From a virus (Duplodnaviria; Caudoviricetes), in IMG/VR virus record IMGVR_UViG_3300025070_000043, positions 1 through 54,509 of that record: 54,509 nucleotides of DNA, one strand, 5' to 3'. The notes under the pieces were generated by a model. It was given only the letters and a program-made list of their open reading frames with translations, searched no databases and was not told where the DNA came from. Position numbers and translations under genes: made by a program. Position 1 is the first letter of the stretch; every line of letters begins with the position of its first letter. Below are positions 7,875-15,957 of the stretch, one piece after another.

Positions 7875-9520
7875 AAAGAGTAGTGCTTGATATCGAGACA
7901 GATGACCTAAATGCAACTGTAGTACACTGCATTGTGGCACAGGACTTAGATACAGGCGCAGTGGACACATGGTATGGGGAGTCCATCAAGGACTTCCCTG
8001 CATGGTCAGAGAGTGTAGATGTCTTTGTCATGCATAACGGTGTGTCCTTTGATGCGCCTGTTGTAAATCGTTTGACAGGCAGTAAAATACCTTTGAAGAA
8101 GGTAAGGGATACACTGATTATGTCTCAGCTTTATGACCCTTCCCTTGAGGGTGGTCATTCATTAGGGGCATGGGGTGAAAGGCTTGGCTACCCAAAGATA
8201 GAATTTAATGACTTCTCTGTATTTACACAAGAGATGTTAAAATATTGTAAACAGGACGTGGTTGTTACTGTAAAGCTATACGAACATCTACTTCCTCATA
8301 TGAAAAAGTATTCTGGTAAATCTATTCAGCTTGAGCATGAGGTGAGAGCAATTGTTGACAAGCAAGAAGAGAATGGATTTACTCTTAATATCCCGGAAGC
8401 TTCATGCCTTGTTGCAAGGCTCTCAGAAGAGGCTACAGAGATTGAACAGGAGATGCAAGGTATATTTCCCCCTATCGTAACAGAACGCCACTCAGAGAAG
8501 ACAGGAAAGCGTTTAAAAGATAAGGTAGAAATATTCAATCCTGCATCAAGACAGCAGATAGGTAAACGACTTATGGATAAGGGATGGAAACCTAATAAGT
8601 TTACCCCTACAGGCCAGCCAATTGTGGATGAAGGTACATTAAAAGATGTGGACATCCCAGAGGCACAGAAGATTGCACAATATCTGTTGTTGCAAAAGAG
8701 AGTTTCACAGGTCAAGTCTTGGCTTGATGTTGTGGAAGACGATGGTAAGGTTCATGGTAGAGTTATTACCTTGAAAGCCATCAGTGGACGCATGGCACAC
8801 AACTCCCCAAACATGGCACAAGTACCTGCCGTTTACTCTCCCTACGGCAAAGAGTGCAGACAAGTTTGGAAAACAAGCAGTGACAAATACAAACTGCTGG
8901 GATGTGATGCTAGTTCACTTGAACTTAGATGCTTGGCACACTATATGGGTGACAAGAAATTTACTGATGAGGTAGTGGGTGGTGACATCCACACTGCAAA
9001 TCAGAAAGCCGCAGGACTTCCTACCAGAGATTCAGCAAAGACATTTATCTATGCTCTAATTTATGGTGCAGGTCCAGCTAAGATTGGTAGTATCGTTGGT
9101 GGTGGTGCTAGAGAAGGACAAATCATTATGAAAAAGTTTATGTCCAATATGCCAGCCTTAAAAACCTTGCGTGATAAGGTAGATAAGGCAGCAAATACAG
9201 GATATATTCGTGGTCTTGATGGTAGGCTTTTAAAGGTACGTCAGCAACACGCTGCCATGAACCTCTTACTACAGGGGGCAGGTGCTATCATTTGTAAAGA
9301 ATGGTTGCGGCAAATAACTATCATGGCGCAACGAGATTATGAATACAATCTTGTTGCGTCTATACATGACGAGTATCAGTTTGAGATTCGTGCTGACCAA
9401 GCAGAACGCTTTGGTGAACTCACACAAAAGGCAATGAAGCAAGTACAGGAAACCCTGTCTGTTGTTTGTCCTTTAGATAGTGAGTATAAAATTGGAAACA
9501 ATTGGGCAGAAACTCATTAA
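7871..9520 (+). CDS. family A DNA polymerase with 3'-5' exonuclease
   Basis: LDIETD, HNGVSFD, YCKQDV, DASSLELR, RDSAKTFIYALIYG, IHDEYQ. Confidence 0.95.
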   Translation: MKRVVLDIETDDLNATVVHCIVAQDLDTGAVDTWYGESIKDFPAWSESVDVFVMHNGVSFDAPVVNRLTGSKIPLKKVRDTLIMSQLYDPSLEGGHSLGAWGERLGYPKIEFNDFSVFTQEMLKYCKQDVVVTVKLYEHLLPHMKKYSGKSIQLEHEVRAIVDKQEENGFTLNIPEASCLVARLSEEATEIEQEMQGIFPPIVTERHSEKTGKRLKDKVEIFNPASRQQIGKRLMDKGWKPNKFTPTGQPIVDEGTLKDVDIPEAQKIAQYLLLQKRVSQVKSWLDVVEDDGKVHGRVITLKAISGRMAHNSPNMAQVPAVYSPYGKECRQVWKTSSDKYKLLGCDASSLELRCLAHYMGDKKFTDEVVGGDIHTANQKAAGLPTRDSAKTFIYALIYGAGPAKIGSIVGGGAREGQIIMKKFMSNMPALKTLRDKVDKAANTGYIRGLDGRLLKVRQQHAAMNLLLQGAGAIICKEWLRQITIMAQRDYEYNLVASIHDEYQFEIRADQAERFGELTQKAMKQVQETLSVVCPLDSEYKIGNNWAETH

Positions 9521-9526
9521 TAGGTG

Positions 9527-9555
9527 TTGACATACTATTATGTATGTTATATACT
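9527..9555 (+). promoter_or_regulatory. sigma70 promoter
   Basis: TTGACA(9527-9532)-17 nt-TATACT(9550-9555), intergenic, upstream of SSB. Confidence 0.8.
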
Positions 9556-9612
9556 TTCAAAATCAGAAGTGGCTAAGACCACACAGTAAACTAATATAGG
9601 AGATACAAAACT

Positions 9613-10086
9613 ATGCCAGTATTATCAGGAAAGTCCCATTGGGCATCTATCACTTCACCAAACAAAACATTTGAACCACATAAATGGATGATTGATTTGT
9701 CTTTGGAAGGTGAAGAACTTGAGAAAGCTAAGAAGATTGGTCTATCTATTAAGAACAAAGGTGATGAAAGAGGAGACTTTGTTTCCATTTCTCGTAAGGT
9801 CTATCGTAAAGATGGTGGTGAGAACAGCTCACCGGGCTTGGTAGATAGTCAAAAACGTCCTATGGAAAATACTCTTATTGGTAACGGCTCAGATGTAAAT
9901 GTTTTGTTTAAAACATATGAGTGGGAGTATGCAGGAAAAGCAGGTGTAGGCTCTGACCTTCAAAAGGTTCAGGTTGTAAACCTAATTTCATACGGAGATG
10001 ATGATGATTTTGATGTTGTGTCTGGTGGACATAGTGCAGTAGATACCTTAGACGATGATATCCCCTTTGGAAACACTGGTAGCTAA
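9613..10086 (+). CDS. single-stranded DNA-binding protein (T7 gp2.5-like)
   Basis: IGNGSDVNV, LQKVQVVNL, acidic tail ending DDDIPF; position after pol. Confidence 0.75.
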   Translation: MPVLSGKSHWASITSPNKTFEPHKWMIDLSLEGEELEKAKKIGLSIKNKGDERGDFVSISRKVYRKDGGENSSPGLVDSQKRPMENTLIGNGSDVNVLFKTYEWEYAGKAGVGSDLQKVQVVNLISYGDDDDFDVVSGGHSAVDTLDDDIPFGNTGS

Positions 10087-10178
10087 AACATAACATCAAC
10101 AAGGGTGCTACACATATCTGGAATATGGTAGTGAGTTGGCTAGTGTAGGGTGGGTACGCCAATTATTAAGGAGTTATT

Positions 10179-10373
10179 ATGTTAGACAAAGAATATAAGA
10201 TTACTATGTCTGCTGAATATTTAGACTTTGGAAATAAAACCACAGTGGAAGGATATGTAACTGACCTAAATGATATATCAGATATTGTATTAGATTTCCT
10301 ACGTGCAATGGGATATACATATATAGAAGATGTAACTTTCCATAAAGAGTTTGAGGATTTATTAAATGACTGA
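10179..10373 (+). CDS. hypothetical protein
   Basis: 64-aa ORF with AAGGAG SD; DFLRAMGY motif. Confidence 0.6.
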   Translation: MLDKEYKITMSAEYLDFGNKTTVEGYVTDLNDISDIVLDFLRAMGYTYIEDVTFHKEFEDLLND

Positions 10374-10581
10374 CTATGTAAATAAACCACCTCATTATCA
10401 GACAGGTGAGGTAGAATGTATTCAAGCAATTGAATCTGCCCTATCTCCAGAAGAGTTTAGAGGATACTGCAAAGGTAATGTAATAAAGTATACTTGGCGA
10501 GAACAATACAAAGGTCAAGACCAAGACTTAGCTAAAGCAGTGTGGTATCTAAATAGATACTTAGAAAAGGAAACAGAATGA
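10366..10581 (+). CDS. DUF3310 / T7 gp1.7-like nucleotide kinase domain protein
   Basis: DYVNKPPHY, ECIQAI, GNVIKYTWR, QDLAKAVWYL. Confidence 0.85.
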   Translation: MTDYVNKPPHYQTGEVECIQAIESALSPEEFRGYCKGNVIKYTWREQYKGQDQDLAKAVWYLNRYLEKETE

Positions 10582-11438
10582 AAAGTATAGATACTCTAAT
10601 AGAAGATATATACAAGACATTAGAAGAAGGTATTAATACTGCATCTGTACAGAACAGAGATGCTATTCATACTTGTTCTACTGAAATTGCCAGAGCACTA
10701 TCACGTCAGCTTGGAGAAGGTAAACGTAGTAAGCAAACTACCTTACGTATGTCTCAAATAGGTAAGCCAGACAGACAGCTTTGGTATGACTTAAAAAGTA
10801 CAGCAGAGCCAGAACCGATTAACGGTCAAACTAAAATGAAGTTTATTATGGGAGACATCCTAGAGGCTGTGTTGATACTGCTTACAGAAGTATCTGGACA
10901 CGAGGTGACAGAGCAGCAGAAGGAAGTAGAAGTAGAAGGTGTTAAGGGACACAAGGACTGTCGCATTGATGGTACTCTTGTAGATATTAAGACTGCTTCT
11001 TCTTATGCCTTTAAGAAGTTCAAAGAAGGTACACTACATAGTGATGACCCCTTTGGTTACATTGCTCAATTGTCTGGCTATGCAGAGGCAGGTAATGACC
11101 AAGAAGCAGCCTTCTTTGCTATTGATAAATCATCCAGTGAAATGGCTCTAATGAAGATAGAACCTATCCATATGATAAATGCAAAGCAAAGAATTGGGAA
11201 GGTTAAAACATTCTTGTCTTCTGACTTACCGCCTGATAGATGTTATCCAGATGAAGAGGATGGTAAGTCTGGTAATCGTAAGCTTGCCATTGGTTGTGTA
11301 TATTGTCCTTACAAAGATGATTGTTGGAAAGATGCCAATGGTGGTCAAGGGCTACGTAAATTTAAATACTCTAATGGTATTAGATATCTTACTCAGGTAG
11401 GAAAAGTACCTGATGTACAAGAGGTAACTAATGGCTAA
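10578..11438 (+). CDS. Cas4-like PD-(D/E)XK exonuclease
   Basis: LRMSQIG, GHKDCRIDG...DIKT, YIAQLSGY, C-terminal CVYCPYKDDC. Confidence 0.8.
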   Translation: MKSIDTLIEDIYKTLEEGINTASVQNRDAIHTCSTEIARALSRQLGEGKRSKQTTLRMSQIGKPDRQLWYDLKSTAEPEPINGQTKMKFIMGDILEAVLILLTEVSGHEVTEQQKEVEVEGVKGHKDCRIDGTLVDIKTASSYAFKKFKEGTLHSDDPFGYIAQLSGYAEAGNDQEAAFFAIDKSSSEMALMKIEPIHMINAKQRIGKVKTFLSSDLPPDRCYPDEEDGKSGNRKLAIGCVYCPYKDDCWKDANGGQGLRKFKYSNGIRYLTQVGKVPDVQEVTNG

Positions 11439-11862
11439 GAAAAAAACAAGAGATAAGAACGAGCACAATTACCGTTCTAATTCAGAATTTAATTGTGCTT
11501 GTTTCTTGAATAAGAATAAGGTTGAGTTTGAATATGAAACATTTAACATACCCTATTTATGGCAAGAAGATAAAAAATACATACCTGATTTTATTCTTCC
11601 TAACGGCATCATATTAGAAGTCAAAGGAAGGTTTATGTTAGAAGACAGAAAGAAGCACTTGTTTATTCGTGACCAGCATCCTGAATATGATATTAGATTT
11701 GTCTTTGATAACTTTAATAGGAAGCTATACAAGGGTGGTAAGATGACCTATGGTGATTGGTGTGACAAGCATGGCTTTCTTTACTGCAAAGGTGGAGAAG
11801 GGATACCAAAAGCATGGTTAAGAACAGATGCAAATAAAAGACATAATACTAGCAGAGGATGA
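11431..11862 (+). CDS. T7 endonuclease I-like Holliday junction resolvase
   Basis: YRSNSE, YIPDFILPNGIILEVKG, DRKKH, DIRFVF, TYGDWCDKHGF. Confidence 0.9.
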   Translation: MAKKKTRDKNEHNYRSNSEFNCACFLNKNKVEFEYETFNIPYLWQEDKKYIPDFILPNGIILEVKGRFMLEDRKKHLFIRDQHPEYDIRFVFDNFNRKLYKGGKMTYGDWCDKHGFLYCKGGEGIPKAWLRTDANKRHNTSRG

Positions 11863-12160
11863 ACAAGTAGAACTTAGGACATCAGAAAAGACTTTGTTTC
11901 TTACTGTAATCCTACAAGCTCTTCTTGACGCAACCAAGCCCCGATATGATGGTGAGCCTACTAACTCTATTATCGAAAGAGAAAGAGCAATAGCATGGTT
12001 CTTTGCATCAGTCGGGGTAACTGCTGAAGACTTTCATTCTGTCTGTGACTATGCAGGAGTTAATCCTGTATACATGAGAGAGTTTGCTTTCAAGGTACTC
12101 AAATCAGGTGAAGTTGAGTATGTTAGAAAAAGAATTAATGCTGTTTTGGGACATGAATAG
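11828..12160 (+). CDS. conserved hypothetical phage protein
   Basis: LFLTVILQALLDA...AIAWF...DFHSVCDYAG pattern. Confidence 0.65.
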   Translation: MQIKDIILAEDEQVELRTSEKTLFLTVILQALLDATKPRYDGEPTNSIIERERAIAWFFASVGVTAEDFHSVCDYAGVNPVYMREFAFKVLKSGEVEYVRKRINAVLGHE

Positions 12161-12162
12161 TA

Positions 12163-12191
12163 TTGTACTTTTAACCTAGTTGTGATACAAT
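12163..12191 (+). promoter_or_regulatory. sigma70-type promoter for RNR
   Basis: TTGTAC(12163-12168)-17 nt-TACAAT(12186-12191) with TG extension. Confidence 0.6.
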
Positions 12192-12226
12192 TTTAAGTTC
12201 CAACCCAGTTCAGGAAAGGGATATCA

Positions 12227-14188
12227 ATGAACAATTTTTTACCAACAGACTATCAAAATTTTATTGCCTTGTCACGTTATGCACGTTGGAAAGACGATGA
12301 GCAAAGACGTGAGACATGGCCTGAAACAGTTAGCAGATACTTTGATTATATGTCAGACCATCTTAGTAAGAACCATAGTTATAATCTAAAGGATGGTTTA
12401 CGCAAACAGTTAGAAGAAGCAGTACTTACACAACAAATTATGCCATCAATGAGAGCACTTATGACATCGGGTCCTGCCTTGGATAGATGTCATGTAGGTG
12501 GATATAACTGTTCCTACATTCCAGTAGACAGTCCTCGTTCTTTTGACGAGTGTATGTATATTCTTATGTGTGGTACAGGTGTAGGCTTCTCAGTGGAACG
12601 TAATAATATTGACAAACTTCCAATTGTAAATGAAACATTCCATGAAACAGATACAGTTATCAAGGTAGGTGACAGCCGCCCCGGTTGGGCTAAGTCTCTA
12701 CGTGAACTAATTGCCATGCTATATGCTGGACAGATTCCTAAGTGGGATGTATCAGAGGTACGTCCTGCAGGTGCAAGGCTAAAGACATTTGGTGGACGTG
12801 CATCAGGACCTGCTCCTCTCATTGACCTTTTCAACTTCTGTATTGATAAGTTCAAAGGTGCAGCAGGGCGTAGGCTCTATCCTATTGAGTGTCACGATTT
12901 GATGTGCAAGATTGGGGAAGTTGTGGTTGTAGGTGGTGTACGAAGGTCAGCACTTATTAGCCTGTCTAATCTGAATGATGATCAGATGCGTCATGCGAAA
13001 ACAGGTGAATGGTGGGATGAGCCAGACAAGAACATTAAGCGTGAAGGACAACGTGCTCTAGCCAATAACTCTGTAGCCTACAAAGAGAAGCCTCAGATGG
13101 GTACATTCATGCGTGAGTGGTTGTCTCTGTACGAATCACATTCAGGAGAACGTGGTATCTTCAATCGTGAATCTGCAAAGAAACAAGCAGCAAGTAATGG
13201 CAGACGTGACCCTGACCATAACTTTGGTTGTAATCCATGCTCAGAAATTATTCTACGTCCTTATCAGTTCTGTAATTTATCAGAGGTGGTTGTACGTGCT
13301 TCAGATAATGTAGAAACACTAAAAGAAAAGGTGCGTTTGGCTACCATTCTTGGTACATTCCAAGCCACACTGACAGACTTTAAATACATTCGTAAAGTCT
13401 GGAAGGACAACACAGAAGAGGAAAGGTTACTTGGCGTATCTCTTACAGGGATTATGGATAACCAGTTGATGTCAGGTAGAGGACCTATGCATGGTATGAA
13501 TATTAAAACTATTCTTACTGAGTTAAAAGACCAAGCAGTTGAAACAAACGAACACCTTTCAAAAAGTTTGGGTATTCCACAGGCTGCAGCTATTACTTGT
13601 GTTAAACCTTCTGGTACAGTATCTCAGTTGGTAGATAGTGCATCAGGTATCCATTCACGTCACAATCCTTACTACATTCGTACTGTACGTGGTGATAACA
13701 AAGACCCTATAACACAGTTTATGATTGCACAGGGTGTTCCTAGTGAGCCTGATATTGGTAAGCCTGATAGCACTACAGTCTTCAGCTTTCCCATGTCTTC
13801 ACCATTAGGGGCAGTATGTCGCACAGAAATGACAGCCATTGAACAGCTTGAGTTGTGGTTATTATATCAAAGGCATTGGTGTGAACATAAACCTTCTGTT
13901 ACTATCTCAGTCAAAGAACATGAATGGCTTGAGGTTGGTCAGTGGGTATACAAAAACTTTGACGAAGTCTCTGGTATTAGTTTCCTTCCTTTCAGTGAGC
14001 ATACTTATCAACAAGCACCTTATCAGGATATTACTAGCGAAGAATATGATAAGGCAATGGAAAATATGCCAGCTAAGATTGATTGGTCTTTACTCTCAGA
14101 GTTTGAGAAAGAAGACACAACATCAGGTGGGCGTGAGTTAGCTTGTACAGCAGGTGTATGTGAAGTAGTGGATTTGACTGCAGCATGA
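12227..14188 (+). CDS. nrdJ: class II (adenosylcobalamin-dependent, monomeric RTPR-type) ribonucleotide reductase
   Basis: YNCSY, GTGVGF, GGVRRSA, NPCSEI, FCNLSE, TCVKPSGT, C-terminal ACTAGVC; no beta subunit in window. Confidence 0.9.
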   Translation: MNNFLPTDYQNFIALSRYARWKDDEQRRETWPETVSRYFDYMSDHLSKNHSYNLKDGLRKQLEEAVLTQQIMPSMRALMTSGPALDRCHVGGYNCSYIPVDSPRSFDECMYILMCGTGVGFSVERNNIDKLPIVNETFHETDTVIKVGDSRPGWAKSLRELIAMLYAGQIPKWDVSEVRPAGARLKTFGGRASGPAPLIDLFNFCIDKFKGAAGRRLYPIECHDLMCKIGEVVVVGGVRRSALISLSNLNDDQMRHAKTGEWWDEPDKNIKREGQRALANNSVAYKEKPQMGTFMREWLSLYESHSGERGIFNRESAKKQAASNGRRDPDHNFGCNPCSEIILRPYQFCNLSEVVVRASDNVETLKEKVRLATILGTFQATLTDFKYIRKVWKDNTEEERLLGVSLTGIMDNQLMSGRGPMHGMNIKTILTELKDQAVETNEHLSKSLGIPQAAAITCVKPSGTVSQLVDSASGIHSRHNPYYIRTVRGDNKDPITQFMIAQGVPSEPDIGKPDSTTVFSFPMSSPLGAVCRTEMTAIEQLELWLLYQRHWCEHKPSVTISVKEHEWLEVGQWVYKNFDEVSGISFLPFSEHTYQQAPYQDITSEEYDKAMENMPAKIDWSLLSEFEKEDTTSGGRELACTAGVCEVVDLTAA

Positions 14189-14346
14189 TGTGGGAATACT
14201 GGTGTAAAGCAATGGGCAGCAAGGCATATGACGATAATGCCAAAGCAAACAAAGTAGCAATACTTAGAACTGCTTGGGTTGTTCTTCATGTCCTTGCCTG
14301 TCTAGCAATTATATTTCATAACACACAAAAGATGGGATGGTGGTAA
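14185..14346 (+). CDS. small membrane protein (53 aa, not in ORF track)
   Basis: MMWEYWCKAMGSKAYDDNAKANKVAILRTAWVV...; ATGA and TAATG coupling. Confidence 0.6.
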   Translation: MMWEYWCKAMGSKAYDDNAKANKVAILRTAWVVLHVLACLAIIFHNTQKMGWW

Positions 14347-14993
14347 TGAGTAACATAGTAAACATACCCCCTACTAAAGTATGGGTAAGAAAAGAATATC
14401 TAACAGACCATCAGTCTGGACATGGTGAATTTGTAGAGGGATACTGGGTAACGGCAAAGTCGTTGCCCGGTAGAACCTTTTACTTTGAAACATATCTTCC
14501 TAGCTATGCAGCTATGTATGATAAACTTCCTATCTCTGCCTTTGTTTCAGAGCCTAAGTTACCAGACCCTGACCTTCCTCTGGACGAGCTACAGTTCTGG
14601 AACTGCATGGACTATGGTGTAACCGCCATTGAGAAACAGTTCATAGGCTCTATGGGCTTTCAAGCTCGAACAAAGAGGCATGGAATGATAGGTGGTAAGT
14701 ATCTTTTCACATTAGACAATCTGCATGAGAACATTCAGCAAGTAGATTGTAATGTTAGTGAAGTACCTCAAGAGCATAAGTCATTTAATTGTCTTGAGCT
14801 TGAGAATGGACAGTACTGTTTATATCCTAACAATAGAATGAGAATATATGATGTGTCCTTATCACCTAAAGAAGTGAAGACACCTGACTTCAAAGTATCT
14901 ACAGAATATTATGAAGTAGAAAATCCTTTCTCAGATTGGGGAACATTGGGAGACAGTGAAGATTACTTTTGGAAAACTGAGAGTGAGAAATAA
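14346..14993 (+). CDS. conserved hypothetical phage protein
   Basis: VWVRKEYLTDHQSGHGEF, MYDKLPISAF, LQFWNCMDY, EHKSFN, YPNNR; function unknown. Confidence 0.7.
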   Translation: MSNIVNIPPTKVWVRKEYLTDHQSGHGEFVEGYWVTAKSLPGRTFYFETYLPSYAAMYDKLPISAFVSEPKLPDPDLPLDELQFWNCMDYGVTAIEKQFIGSMGFQARTKRHGMIGGKYLFTLDNLHENIQQVDCNVSEVPQEHKSFNCLELENGQYCLYPNNRMRIYDVSLSPKEVKTPDFKVSTEYYEVENPFSDWGTLGDSEDYFWKTESEK

Positions 14994-14996
14994 TAA

Positions 14997-15122
14997 ATGA
15001 TTGATGACACAGGACAGTTTGCATTACTGTGGTGGCAATGGTGGCTGCTTGCAATGGTTACAATTAACACTGTTTTAAATACTGTTGTATTTTTTAGACA
15101 TAGGTTTAGAAAAAAAGATTGA
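14997..15122 (+). CDS. Trp-rich single-TM peptide (41 aa, not in ORF track)
   Basis: MIDDTGQFALLWWQWWLLAMVTINTVLNTVVFFRHRFRKKD. Confidence 0.5.
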   Translation: MIDDTGQFALLWWQWWLLAMVTINTVLNTVVFFRHRFRKKD

Positions 15123-15147
15123 CAACTATAAATTGTTTAAGTATAAT
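15119..15147 (+). promoter_or_regulatory. perfect-consensus sigma70 promoter for the glycosyltransferase cassette
   Basis: TTGACA(15119-15124)-17 nt-TATAAT(15142-15147). Confidence 0.85.
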
Positions 15148-15180
15148 TATAGTAGTTATAATTGAAAGGTGTGTATTATT

Positions 15181-15957
15181 ATGTTTACAGAGAAAAGACC
15201 AGTAATTTATATTGGATATGATGCAAGGGAGCATGAGGCTTATGAAGTACTACGTAAATCAATTCTTCAGTACAATGAAAAGTTTGACATTATCCCTCTC
15301 GTACAACCTGCATTACGTAGAGCAGGTCTGTATAGGCGTACTATTCGTTTCGATAGTAATGCTGAATCACCTGTTCGTATAGATGAATGTGATGGCAGAC
15401 CTTTCAGTTCTGACTTTACCTTTACACGTTTCTTAGTTCCTGCCCTTAATCAGTATGACGGTCTTGCATTGTTTATGGATGCAGATATGTTTGTACGTTG
15501 GGATATTGAAGAACTATTTAATACCTATGGTAAACGTGAAGAGTTTGCTGTTCAAGTAGTCAAACATAACTACAGACCTAACGAAGGTCTAAAGATGGAT
15601 GGACAAGTACAACAGAATTATAATCGTAAGAACTGGTCTAGCTTTGTTCTTTGGAATTGTTCTCACCCATCTAATCTTAACCTAACTGTAGATGACGTAA
15701 ACACAAAGACAGGTAGCTGGTTGCATGGCTTCTCTTGGTTGTCTGACAATGAAATAGGTTCTATTGAACCAGAGTGGAATTGGTTGGACGGATGGTCACC
15801 AGAAAATATCTTACCTAAGAACGTACACTTTACTACAGGTGGTCCTTGGTTTGATGATTGGAAAGGTAAACGCAAATCAGACACTGAATATGCTGGTGAA
15901 TGGCAAGCATTTAAAAGCAAAGTGTTTATGGATAAACTAGTAGGAGAAGTAATCTAA
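15181..15957 (+). CDS. GT-A fold glycosyltransferase (GT8-like)
   Basis: IYIGYD, FTFTRFLVP, DxD in LFMDADM, RKNWSS, EWNWL, VHFTTGGPWF. Confidence 0.85.
   Translation: MFTEKRPVIYIGYDAREHEAYEVLRKSILQYNEKFDIIPLVQPALRRAGLYRRTIRFDSNAESPVRIDECDGRPFSSDFTFTRFLVPALNQYDGLALFMDADMFVRWDIEELFNTYGKREEFAVQVVKHNYRPNEGLKMDGQVQQNYNRKNWSSFVLWNCSHPSNLNLTVDDVNTKTGSWLHGFSWLSDNEIGSIEPEWNWLDGWSPENILPKNVHFTTGGPWFDDWKGKRKSDTEYAGEWQAFKSKVFMDKLVGEVI

Noticed and set aside
10578-11438. Cas4-like gene as part of a CRISPR system
   Set aside because: No array or other cas genes; solo Cas4-like nucleases are normal in phage replication modules.
7871-14188. Inteins or introns in polymerase, RNR, helicase or TerL
   Set aside because: ORFs are uninterrupted, of compact length and lack splice motifs.
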